DNA from: Porphyridium purpureum
Lineage: Eukaryota
NCBI GenBank assembly: GCA_008690995.1
Contig: VRMN01000001.1
Span: 2,108,001-2,172,000, forward strand
Reading direction: 5' to 3'
Length of the DNA: 64,000 nt
Of this stretch, positions 10,675-21,348 are shown one piece after another; within the stretch, counting starts at the first letter, position 1; every line of letters begins with the position of its first letter. The position numbers and the translations under genes were made by a program. The notes under the pieces were generated by a model. It made no database searches and was not told where the DNA came from. It was given only the letters and a program-made list of their open reading frames with translations.

Positions 10675-11566
10675 CCTCACGACCTGCCCTTCACTCGACC
10701 GATCTACCTCCTCCTTCCCCCAGACAAGCGGCACCCGGCTTCCTTCCGCACCGCTGCATGCTGCTGAGCCAGATCGGCATCTTTATACCCAGCGCGGTAT
10801 AGGATATCGTCCCCGTACGCACACGCGCGCGCCCGACAAAGGTTTTTCGGCGTGTCCATCCATACGTATACGTTTTACTACCAAGTTTCAAATTTCACCC
10901 GGTTCCCCATGTCACCCGATTGGGGGGAAGGGAGATGCCGACACCGAGCATGCGTATACAAAAACGAGTCGGAATAATGACTCCGCTACTCCTCACCACA
11001 CCACTTGGCGCGAGCAGCAAAATCGTGCCAAGCAAGCACCAGAATCTTCTTCCCGCGGCCGCGCGGCGAGACTGACACGGTGCGTCCTACTAAAACGGCG
11101 CTGTTTGGCAAGGGTTTCCGTTGCGTGTGGTGTGTTGCTCATGCGGCCGAGGTTCACCGAGCCGCGATTGTGTGGAATGCGGCACGCGAGCCGGAGTGCG
11201 GTTGATCCCATGTGCGAGCCTACGTGGACAGCCCTGTTTTCATGTACACAACCAACCGCGGCCGCGACGACGCTCACGCCAGCTTGGCTTTGCCCCGCCC
11301 CATCCTATAACCCTGCAGGTGTCAACGATATCAGAAAAGCGGGCCGAATCATCATCCTCATCAGCTTCTAGGGACTGACACGATACCAGCGAGTGTCGTC
11401 ATGCGGATTTTTGGCGCCTTGCTGACTCGGCTTTGTTGTTGTAGACGCATGGCCAGTTTACAGAACACAAGGTGCTGTGTTGCGCCAAAGCAGGCATCGA
11501 TCCACAAAGTGGACACCCCGCAAGACAGCGTGCGGTGATGCGTTTTTTTCCAAACATTAATTCTCT

Positions 11567-11630
11567 TCTTTTTTGTATCTTTTTTGTATCTTTTTTGTAT
11601 CTTTTTTGTATCTTTTTTGTATCTTTTTTG
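11567..11630. repeat. 11-bp tandem repeat (TCTTTTTTGTA) x ~5.8
   Basis: Five perfect units plus a 9-nt partial unit, read directly. Confidence 0.95.
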
Positions 11631-12480
11631 ATTCGCGAGGGTAAGGGTTGCGGCACTAGCGCCAAGGAATCTCGCAGTTTGGACGCAGGCAGTTCTGCCG
11701 TGCTGCCACTTGGCGCGTGGGCGGTCAAGGAAGGGTGTGCGCTTCGCTTCTGCAATGCCATGATCGCCAACAGCCGCTCCCCGGCGTGCGTCTAGAAAGG
11801 TCGACGATTTTGGAGTGTTCGCGTCTTTCCGCCTGCACGTCTGGACGGAACAACCGTACGACCTCGTCCTCATCTCTCATGTTTAGGTCCAATCCACATG
11901 TCTCCGCAGAAAAGTGACGCCGGCTCTGGCTTCCATGTATCGGAACCTTCCCGCTCACGTGCTAATGACACCGCCCTTCGACCACCTGCGTCTGTCGTTT
12001 CCGTGCTTCGAAAGCGGATGAAACTCGCGACGCCGGCTTCGAGGATGCGAGTGGCACCTTGCGCCACGCGCGCTGCGGAGAGCATGGCAACCGCGCTTCC
12101 CCGCCTCCTGAATCCGCCGCGCGAGGACATACATGCCACAAAATTCCTCGCTGAGGGCACAGAGGTGCCACGGATGGCGGTCTGGCTGGCGAAGGGTGTA
12201 CAGTTCGGCGCGCTCCGCCGGAAATGCGGAATGTTGTGACGCGGCACTTGTTCAACCTGCGTCGGTTGGGTGCACCAAACGCGCCTGTTGGACGCGCGCC
12301 AACTTGACGCACCGCAGTGTGCGTGGTGAGCGCCACGCCTCACGCAATGCTGGACGAGCCGTCCTTTCTGGTGAGCATGGATCGGCCTCGCACGCTATGA
12401 AATCCATGGCACAAAGATCTAGCCTTACACACGCTGTGCGCGACAGCGGTACGCAGCCAGCGAATCTACGCCTTGTGCGG

Positions 12481-12490
12481 TTTATATAAA
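12481..12490 (+). promoter_or_regulatory. Putative TATA box of the CCCH gene
   Basis: TTTATATAAA in a GC-rich context about 200 bp upstream of ATG 12686. Confidence 0.45.
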
Positions 12491-12685
12491 TCCGCTAAGG
12501 AGGTTGATTTTGCAATGGAGGCGTACACGAGCGCAACTGTGGGAAGAGCGTTCTGGCCACGAACGAGGACAGAGAGAGGCAAATGAGAAGTTCCACCGTG
12601 ACACGAGACTAGTCTGCAAGGACAGTTGACGTCCTCGCGTTCCTTTTTTTCATCGCACAGGAGTCAGGAAAAGGACAAGTCGAGA

Positions 12686-13513
12686 ATGCCGGCACAAGAC
12701 GAATGCGCGGGCGTGGATGGCGGCCGCCATCCGAGCAGTCAGAAAATTGTTGTTAAGTCGCCGCCGCCGACGACGACGACTCCTTCGCAGCAACAAGAGG
12801 ATCAACTAGACATGTTGTTTCAACGCTGGCCTTCGAGCGCCTCGCTGTCAGAGTCGTCCATGTCCGCATCGTCCTCCGACTTGCCCGGTTTGAACGTGGT
12901 GGTGCCGAGGCGCGCCGGGGGCAAGGCGGCGAATATTAAGAAGGAGCTTTACAAGACCGAGCCGTGTCGCTCGTTCCAGGAGACAGGAACGTGTCGGTAC
13001 GGGAAAAAGTGCCAGTTTGCCCACTCGAATGAGGAGCTTCGCCAGGTCAAGCGACATCCAAAGTACAAGACCAAACCGTGTCGCAACTTTTGCGTGTACG
13101 GCAGCTGTCCGTACGGCGTTCGCTGCCGCTTCATCCACTCGCAAAATCAGGGCGCGTTCCAAGGATTAGACACCAGGCATCTCATGATGCGACCTGGATG
13201 TGAGGGTGAGATGTGGCAAAGTGCGCGTCTGCCCATCTTCCAAGACTTTCAGAATGTGAGCGAGCACACAAAGGCACCGATCGAGTGGCTAGGTGGGACA
13301 GATGTTTTCGAAACGAGTGATTTGGACAGCTCACTCGGTCGGTCTGACACCTGGACCAACGTTCGCGTAAATGCCGACCGGGTGCGTGCCGAAGAAGCAA
13401 GGATGTGTGCAGGCCAAGCAGAGGAGCTGGAGCTGGGTGCTCAGTTCAACCGGCTCCGAGTGGGCGTATGTAAAGTGCGTGTGCCTGGCAAGATCGACAC
13501 GCCGGTGCTTTAG
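12686..13513 (+). CDS. Tandem CCCH zinc-finger mRNA-binding protein (TTP/ZFP36/Cth2 family)
   Basis: [26 protein letters not shown] and [26 protein letters not shown] with the family-typical lead-ins and spacing. Confidence 0.93.
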   Translation: MPAQDECAGVDGGRHPSSQKIVVKSPPPTTTTPSQQQEDQLDMLFQRWPSSASLSESSMSASSSDLPGLNVVVPRRAGGKAANIKKELYKTEPCRSFQETGTCRYGKKCQFAHSNEELRQVKRHPKYKTKPCRNFCVYGSCPYGVRCRFIHSQNQGAFQGLDTRHLMMRPGCEGEMWQSARLPIFQDFQNVSEHTKAPIEWLGGTDVFETSDLDSSLGRSDTWTNVRVNADRVRAEEARMCAGQAEELELGAQFNRLRVGVCKVRVPGKIDTPVL

Positions 13514-14416
13514 GTACTAGGCAGTGAGCCTTTGAGATGCATATAGGCTACAGAGCCTCGTTTTCTGGTTACCGTTTCAATCGCGTGATGAAACCTGAGA
13601 AGGATTTGAGTTGAGCATGTGCATGTGAAGACCGTAGCGCTCTTTGCTTTTTCCTTCTTCACATCTCTGCGTAGGGGTTCAATTCCTTTTCCGCTTTTTG
13701 AAAGAATGCGATGTATGGCTTGGACCTCGTTTGAATATGAATGAGAATGCAGGTTAGGGCTCCGTCCCGACGTACAAGAGCATACATGTTTAAGTATGCA
13801 TCAAGGTCTGCATTGGATTGTACATTGTGATCGTTATCTGTGCCCGCGCCATTGCCACACCTTGTGTGCGAAGGCTTAGGCTCGGAAAAGCAAGACAAGC
13901 AAGTCAGTAAACTCTGAAAATAGGAAATCTCTCGCGTTCTTGCCCATTTCAACCTTCATCCTTCCCACTTCCCTCGGCGGAAGTGTGTCTCTAAAGCAGA
14001 TCCGATTCGTTCGCAAAACTTACGCGCCCATGTACTGAGCAATTCCGGTCTGAACCCTGCAAGAGAGTGGAGTCTTCTGAGACGACGCATTGCTGCTCTC
14101 CAAGCCGGAGTTTCACGCTCGCGAAGACTTCTTGTGCAGACGTCTTGACAGGTGGCGTAGGCCGACAAGGCCTAGCCGAACCTGCGGCGGCGCCTTATTT
14201 TGGTCCACTGCCGCAGAGCGTCTTCATTGAGGCGCAGCAAAGAGCCCGTGCCCTCGTTACATCCACGCTCGCACACCTCGCAGGTCACATGGCCGCTAAG
14301 TGTGGTGATCGCACGCGGTATTGCGAATCTTGGTGGGATGTGTCTGCAATTCATGGCACTCAGGCGCGTGCCTGGCTCATGTCGCATTGCGACTCGTGTT
14401 TGTCTGAAACTGTCGC

Positions 14417-17400
14417 ATGGAGCATACCAATGACGTGGGGAAACCCACACGCAACCACGACGAGCTGTTGGTTAGTGCAGACCATGGCCCTGCAGACTGG
14501 GTGGATGGTTCGGTCCCCTCTGTTCACAGATTTGATGTGCAACGAGTAGATCACCCAAGCCAGTGTGGTACTGAGGAGCCGTGGGTGGTGAAGACCATTC
14601 CATCGCAGGAGCTGCGTCTGTCGCAAGTCGACTTGAACGAAACTCGCGCAGCGATATTGCCGGCACACTTGTCACAGACTGCTCACAAAATGCGGGGGAA
14701 GTATCTAGTGTCGACAATTAATTCGCGCGAGCTCAAGCGATTCCTCTTGTTGTCGTCTTGCGCGATGTTTGTGCTGTCGGTCGTGGCTTGGCTGGCAGCC
14801 ATGCTGCAGTACCTGTTTGAACTCAGCGATAACAAGAAGTGTCTTGGTATGTTTCCCAAGAACCGGAGCGCACAAGAGGTCTGTTTCGTTCTGCATAACG
14901 ATGAGACGATCGTCCTGCATGTTGTGATGGCATCCATCCAGTTGGTAGACGTGCTCATCGGAATCGTCGTGATGGCAAGCTTAATATGGGTGGCAGTGCA
15001 CCTGCGCGCGTGGAGTATGCGTGACCGCGAGGCCCGCTTGCCATTATTGAATGGAATAATGTTGGTACTTGTGGCGGTTATATTTGCAATTCTGGTCGAT
15101 TGTTATAAGGCGGTCTTCTCCTGGAGAGACTTCAAACGTGCGCTTGCTGAGAATATGGGCAACCTCGATATCGTTTTTTCCGAAGGAGAAGATGCCATCA
15201 TCACCAGCGTTCGAAGTGGCTCTTCATACACACACGCTATGATGTGTGTGGAGATGCTGAGTTCCGCTTTGTGTACGCAAATGTATCTTGAGATGATGAC
15301 TCATTTTAACATCAAGGAGAACGACGTTCACGACGACGCGAAAGACTCGACGCCTCGGTCAAGTGGCACCGCCCAGCATGATGCAGAGCTGCGAAAGAAA
15401 CCCAGGAGGAGACGAAGCATGCAAAGTTGGAGCTTCTCCAGCCGAATGACAAATCAACCCTTCAAGTTTCGCCACGTTGCGTGGATTGTGCTTTGTCTTC
15501 TGTACTTCTTCTTACGACTCGTCCTGTTCTACTGGTTTTCCTACATTGTCTGGGCGTTCGGTGTGCTGACAAGCTTGGTCTCATATATAGTTATTATTTA
15601 TGCACCCGACGTGAGAGCTGTTTCGGACTTCAACCCGCCACGTAACAACACGATCGATTTTCTGGCGATTTGTTCGTGTCCCTGTTTGAGCTTGCCGCGA
15701 CTGTCGTTTTGGGCGTCTCATTTAATCGGCTTCGGTAGAAGCTGCGCAGTCGCTCGCACTTGGTGCATCGTGATCGACATATCGCGGTGATCTACCTTTA
15801 CCGGTTTACAGCATCGGCTTTCTTCTTTATCTGCGGCTTGCAGTTCTCGACAATTGGCCTGCAGCTCTTCTCTGGACCAGGCAATCAAATGGGGTACTAT
15901 GTCTCAGTTGGCGTGCTGGATCTGAATCAGCGATACGCAAACTTTGGAAGCCGGCTTGTGTTTCTGTGGTTTACGATCTTCAGTTCGCTGTCATTCTCTC
16001 CAGCTCAAGAGTCACACTGGTTAAATTGGATGCTCCGGCGCGGAGGCGCAGACCGGGACGAAAATATTGCCGGGCACGGTGTGCAGACCACACTGAATGA
16101 GCCTTTGCAAGTACAGCTGAATGAAGCACCGTAAGACGCCTCTGTGCCTTGCCTGCAAACACAAATTCTCATGCTCAACCTGGCATGGATTGTCTACCAC
16201 CATCTCGCCGACAAGGACGCGCCCCAAGGCGCTGTACCCGAACGTGCACTTCCATTCTCCGTACGTTCGCTCGTTTGACTTTTTCATTTCACCCGATCTC
16301 GACAGTTGTGTCTGCATTTTCGTCGGTGTCGACCGCGTTGTGGTGGCCTTTCGCGGCACCGAGAGCATGCAGAATATGTTAACCAATTTGGAGGTCACAA
16401 CACTTCCGCTGGCCGAAGCGCTGCGCGCAGGCTCCCATGGTAACGTTTTCTCCGCCGTGGACGATATTGGTCGAAGAGTGGGCAGCGAAAGTCAGGACGA
16501 AGCCGATCCTTTCGTCACTCACGTGGAGCGAATGATCGAAGAAGAACAAACTCATGTGCGCGCTGTGGGAGCACTATAGCGCACTCTGCGTCTTGCCCCG
16601 CAGGCTAGGGCGCACTCTGGGTTTGTCGATGGCTACCTGTGCCTGAGGCATCAATTGCTCAGCCGTATTGCGCAAATTGAGCTCCAAAATCGGACGCTAT
16701 ATGTCACTGGTCATTCATTTGGAGGCGCGCTTGCTACAATTTGCGCGTGCGATCTGTCTGCGCGATACGGTGCGGCTAATGTCAGCCTGACAACATTCGG
16801 CTGCCCTCGTCTTGGCAATCGAGTATTTGCGACCGTCGTTGGCACGCTAGTGCCAAATCACTGGCGCTTTGTGAACGGTGGCGACGTTGTCACCAAAGTA
16901 CCGAGCTTTCTGAAGCACTCGGGCATTCTTGTGCTTCTCGGTAGCGGTGGAAGCATGCTGGTGGACCCACTTTCGGTAAACCAGCACGGCATTGGGCTGA
17001 CGAGCTCGCTGATCAAACTTCGGCTGCCGTACTACCAGTTCGAGTTGCGAAGGTTTTGCGAGTAATACCACCGCGACGAGCTGCTTCATTCTTTTGGGAC
17101 TGGAAACCGTGTCTCAATCCGAGCATCCGCTCACAGCTCGAAGAGCTGGAGATCGAGTACGGTGCGAATGCAAACCATCCTCAGCAGCAATCGTTGTCTG
17201 ACTACGTCGAGTTTAGGCCCAGAGTGTTTCCGCCATGTGTGGTCGCGGCAAATGAAACAATGCAGCAACGCATGGCGCACCGGCACGTGCCGGAGCCTGC
17301 ACATGTCGACAATCGCGAGATTCAAACATCTCCAAAGCCGCTTTTTCATGATACGGGTCCGCACAAGGTGGAAAATGACGGTCAACAGGACAATCACATG

Positions 17401-17703
17401 TATGAGAATGGCGATACCTTATTGCACAAACGCACGGCGATGCACGAGAAGGCGCGCGAGCTGTCCCTATTGATGGAAAATCGGTCACTCAGTACGCGGC
17501 AGCAGATGAGTGGCAGGAGAGGTGTAGACATTCGTGTGTTGGACGCCGTGGCTCAACGGTTGCATGTTGCTTGCGTGCAGGCATCCAGGACTAGCTCGAG
17601 ACGTGCAAGATCGGACGACCACACACACTGGCTGCTCCTCTCTCACGCACTCGTTCTGCGCAGTCTGCGGAGGAAGCACAATACCGAGTTTAAAGAGCAC
17701 TAA
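14417..17703 (+). pseudogene. Disrupted multi-pass membrane class-3 lipase
   Basis: TM helices followed by VVVAFRGT, AHSGF, VTGHSFGGALA, TFGCPRLGN and RFVNGGDVVTKVP. Interrupted by in-frame stops at 15736, 16132, 16577 and 17063 and by frameshifts near 15660, 16210-16270 and 17070. Confidence 0.8.
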
Positions 17704-17704
17704 C

Positions 17705-20011
17705 TTACAAAAAGTCTTCTGGGTTGTTAGACTCTACGATATCGTCGCGCGTGCGAAACGGTCGAGACCCTTCTCCCTTAGTATCAGATGCCGGCTGCCT
17801 TTTCTGGGTATACTCAAACGTGCCTGAGACGCCACGACGTCTGCGGCTGCCAATCGGCTCATCCCAATCTAGCATAGCGTCCACTTCATCATCGCCATTG
17901 AAACCAGCGCCCCTGCGACCACCTTGCGGCCGCTCGTACTTCTGCGGCCGGCGCTGTCTCGTGCTAGCTTTTGACTCATTCTGATTCCCGCGCGTGGGAT
18001 CGCCTTGCTTTTGACCTTGTCGCGTCAGCTGCTTGTTATACGAGCCCCTTGGCGACTTGCGCTCCCAGCCCGGCGTACTGGAGCTTTCTTTTGAGTCGTC
18101 CTTGAAGGGAGAAAACATGTTTTCGTCACTCCCAGTGGTGGCGGCCGCCCGCTCGCGCTCAGCGCGGAGGGCTTCAAAGTCGACGTTGCGCATGTACGTC
18201 ACGCCGTTGTAGACCTCGTACTCAATTACTTCCTGTTCACCGGTATCCAAAGTCATCTTCTTCGTTGCCTTTGCTTCGCCGGCTTGCTCTTGCATGCCTT
18301 CCGATGTACCGTCATGTTTCCCGGTACCAGTATCACCGGACGTGGCAGCACCGGCGCTGCCGTTGAAGGCCAAGGTTTTGAAACGATTGCGCTCGCTCTG
18401 CTTGCGCACTGGGCTCGAAGCACCGGTGCGCCGACGCATCAATTCAGTTGCCTTTTGAATTGCACGCGGACTCTCGCCATAATTGAAACTGTCCAGCATG
18501 TACGCATTAGTCGACGCAATGGCCGACGACGAGTCTTCGTTCCCATCTCGATTCGGGTCCTGGTTCGAAGTGGAGTCGGAATCCGTCCACTCTGAGTCCG
18601 ACTCGCCTTCCTTGGGTAAGGAGGACGTGGACAGAGCGGGACCAGTGCTTGTAGACACCTCTTGGGGGCGTTCATTCCTAACGGGTTTTGAGGCGGCCTC
18701 GCGCACTTGTTTCCGCGTCTCCGCGTCATTGATGCGGGTGAAACCAGACTCGGACTGCTCCGCCAGCTGAGCGTACACTTCGCCCGGGCGGCGCGATGTA
18801 CCAGATTGAGAGGTGCGAGCGCGTTCGGCACGTTGGCGATCTCTTTCCGCCTGCCAAGCTTTCTCGCGCTGCTCACGCGCCGCGCGCCGCTCCTCGAACG
18901 CCTTGGCCTTTTCCTGTCTCGTTGCCTCCCGCTGCAGGAATTCGAGGCGATCCTGTGATTGGATCAAATCTAGCGCGCGAATCGGCTTGCGTTTGGCCAA
19001 GGAAGATGTCTTGCTGGCTTTCGCGCTCGAATCGGAACCAGAGCCAGCGATATCAGGCTGGCTTGAGGAACTGGCGCTCTGAAATACATCTCTGTAAGAC
19101 CACTTGCCCTCGTTTGGGTCTATCCCGGAAAGGGGCGATGGTCGTCGCCGACCCTGTGTCCGGCTGGTATCCACACTCTGACCAATTCTCTTCGATATCC
19201 TTCCGGGCGCACCCTGACTCTGACTCTGGCTGCGTCTCCCGCTACCGAGCGCACGCGATGTTCGCGATTCATGTCCATATCTACCCGCGGTAGAAATTTC
19301 ACGACCACCGAAATCATTTGTGCCGGCCCTTTCCATCCGACCGCGAGTTCCAGGTTCTCCATCTTGCGCAACAATTATGTCGTCTGCATCGTCGTACCAA
19401 TCATCGTCGCTCTCTTCATCTTCCTCTTCGTCTTCGTAGTCGTTGTCATCGTATGCAGACCATGCATCTGGCTGCTTCTGCTGCTGTGACTGGGGCGGTC
19501 GACGCGGCTGCATTCTAGCGTCACGTGCTTTGTACTTGGTGGCGCCGGTCTTCATGGTGTTGCTCCTATCATCCCTGCTCGGCTTCCGGCTAGCAGGGTC
19601 CCAAGCTTGACGCTGTCCCACCTTCTGCGCAGGCATGTTCGACGGCCTTGTCTGCCGCCCGTTTTTCTGCCGCTGATGCACACCACGATTTTGAGCACCA
19701 TCCTGCCGCACAGCCCATCCATCCTGGTAGTCCTGATCTGACACGTCTTTGTCAGAAACTCCCCAAGTCGCCATGCGCAGGCCTACGCGAGCCGCGGTAG
19801 CAAATTGTTTCGCCTTTCTCTCCACTTGCCGCGCAAGACACACGCGCCGCGAACCCTGGGCAGCGCTGCGCAGGCCAACGCTGAGACCGCCATCGGTGGG
19901 CCACGCAACCAGTCCAAAGCAAAGCCATGCAGACCGTGACTTCCAGCAACGCGTCGTGCAAGGCGCTAGCGCAGCATCCGACTCGCACAATGCGTGGCGC
20001 GTGCCCTCCAT
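17705..20011 (-). CDS. Large low-complexity charged protein of unknown function, possibly organelle-targeted
   Basis: 768-codon ORF with a transit-like N-terminus, an acidic tract and a coiled-coil (RLEFLQREATRQEKAKAFEERRAAREQRE). No recognised domain. Confidence 0.7.
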   Translation of the reverse strand: MEGTRHALCESDAALAPCTTRCWKSRSAWLCFGLVAWPTDGGLSVGLRSAAQGSRRVCLARQVERKAKQFATAARVGLRMATWGVSDKDVSDQDYQDGWAVRQDGAQNRGVHQRQKNGRQTRPSNMPAQKVGQRQAWDPASRKPSRDDRSNTMKTGATKYKARDARMQPRRPPQSQQQKQPDAWSAYDDNDYEDEEEDEESDDDWYDDADDIIVAQDGEPGTRGRMERAGTNDFGGREISTAGRYGHESRTSRALGSGRRSQSQSQGAPGRISKRIGQSVDTSRTQGRRRPSPLSGIDPNEGKWSYRDVFQSASSSSQPDIAGSGSDSSAKASKTSSLAKRKPIRALDLIQSQDRLEFLQREATRQEKAKAFEERRAAREQREKAWQAERDRQRAERARTSQSGTSRRPGEVYAQLAEQSESGFTRINDAETRKQVREAASKPVRNERPQEVSTSTGPALSTSSLPKEGESDSEWTDSDSTSNQDPNRDGNEDSSSAIASTNAYMLDSFNYGESPRAIQKATELMRRRTGASSPVRKQSERNRFKTLAFNGSAGAATSGDTGTGKHDGTSEGMQEQAGEAKATKKMTLDTGEQEVIEYEVYNGVTYMRNVDFEALRAERERAAATTGSDENMFSPFKDDSKESSSTPGWERKSPRGSYNKQLTRQGQKQGDPTRGNQNESKASTRQRRPQKYERPQGGRRGAGFNGDDEVDAMLDWDEPIGSRRRRGVSGTFEYTQKRQPASDTKGEGSRPFRTRDDIVESNNPEDFL

Positions 20012-20149
20012 GCTGCGTCTTTCCCCCGACTTCCGACTACGTCCCCAGTCGTGTCAGCCGCTCCTCCTCTGCCTTGAGAATGAAGGCCGCAACCTTCTGG
20101 ACGTGGGTGCGACGGGTGAGGTGGCGTGTGTGTTCGCGCGGACGGGGCA

Positions 20150-21295
20150 ATGAATGCCATTGCATTTGGATGTTCGAGTCAGACTTGGTGCACTGTGAGA
20201 GCAAGGCATGAGACACGGATACGGGTGCGGACGTGTGCAAGTGGAAATGCGCGTGTCGGTGAGGGTTCGAATGATAGGAAGGCGGCTCAAGACTTGAGCT
20301 TCCGAATTCGAGCAAGCCGACTCGACACCCCAAGCAAAGAGATTTTACGGCGACGCCGATTGCGGGATGGCGGGCACAGAAACGAGCTGCTGATGCTGAA
20401 TCGCATTCTCGTAGAATTGGATTTCTTGGACGTGAGATGTAATGGAGGGGACGTGGCATCTCGGCAGTCGATGTTCACCCTCCCGCGAGACGACTTTCGC
20501 AGCGAGCACGTGCGGCAAGTACTAGGCCTCGGAGACGGAGAACTTCTGCGTGCAGGATGTGTGGACGGTTCGTTGTTCGACGCACAGGTACAATGGAATG
20601 CGAATGGGTCAATGAGCCTGATTCCCATCGTCTTGGATGCGGCCGGCCGGCCTCAGAAGAATTGGAACCATCGTGACCTTTTGACTCCATGCACACCCAC
20701 GCGCGTACCGTTGCGGCCGTTACGTATAGATGTTATGCTGGCCGTACCGCGTCCAAAGGTGCTACTGCGTATTCTCAACCACCTGGCGGTCATGGGCGTG
20801 GGCAATATTGTTCTGTGCAACGCGTACAAAGTCGAGAAGAGCTACCTGAACAGCAAGTCCGTGCGGGATGCGGAGCTCCTTCGCGCAGAACTACTTGCGG
20901 GAGTTTGCCAGAGCGCAGTAGACTCGCGCCTACCCAAAGTCCACTTCGCTCCGCGTCTCCGCGCCTTCTTGGAAGACGACTTGCCATCTATTTCGACTCC
21001 TGGGCAGCTTCGCGTTGTTGCGCATCCACCAGATGAGCGTACCTCTGCGTCTTTCTCTTCCCTATCAAAGCTCATTATCCATGGCTCAGACTTGAGCGCA
21101 TCAGTCCCCCCAGAGCGCGTGTTACTCGCGATTGGTCCCGAGGGTGGCTGGATGCCTCGCGAGATCAGCATGATGTGCAGCGAGCAGCATGGGTTTGTTC
21201 CCGTGGCCATCGGCGAAAGAGTGCTGCGCACTGAGCAGGCTTGTCTTTCGCTAGTAGCCATTACGCAAGAACTGTTGCAATGCGTTCATGGATGA
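20150..21295 (+). CDS. rsmE: 16S rRNA m3U1498 methyltransferase (RsmE, SPOUT), organellar
   Basis: EHVRQVLGL, LAVPRPKVL...MGVGNI, LAIGPEGGW and IGERVLRTEQA, with an N-terminal transit-like leader. Confidence 0.9.
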   Translation: MNAIAFGCSSQTWCTVRARHETRIRVRTCASGNARVGEGSNDRKAAQDLSFRIRASRLDTPSKEILRRRRLRDGGHRNELLMLNRILVELDFLDVRCNGGDVASRQSMFTLPRDDFRSEHVRQVLGLGDGELLRAGCVDGSLFDAQVQWNANGSMSLIPIVLDAAGRPQKNWNHRDLLTPCTPTRVPLRPLRIDVMLAVPRPKVLLRILNHLAVMGVGNIVLCNAYKVEKSYLNSKSVRDAELLRAELLAGVCQSAVDSRLPKVHFAPRLRAFLEDDLPSISTPGQLRVVAHPPDERTSASFSSLSKLIIHGSDLSASVPPERVLLAIGPEGGWMPREISMMCSEQHGFVPVAIGERVLRTEQACLSLVAITQELLQCVHG

Positions 21296-21348
21296 CGGAC
21301 ATCTCGTCATAGCGACTTTACCCCGTACGGAGTTATTATCTGCACAAA

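Noticed and set aside
14417..17703. Alternative genetic code (TAA/TAG = Gln) to explain the lipase stops
   Set aside because: Neighbouring conserved genes end at TAA/TAG and have no internal ones, and the locus also has frameshifts.
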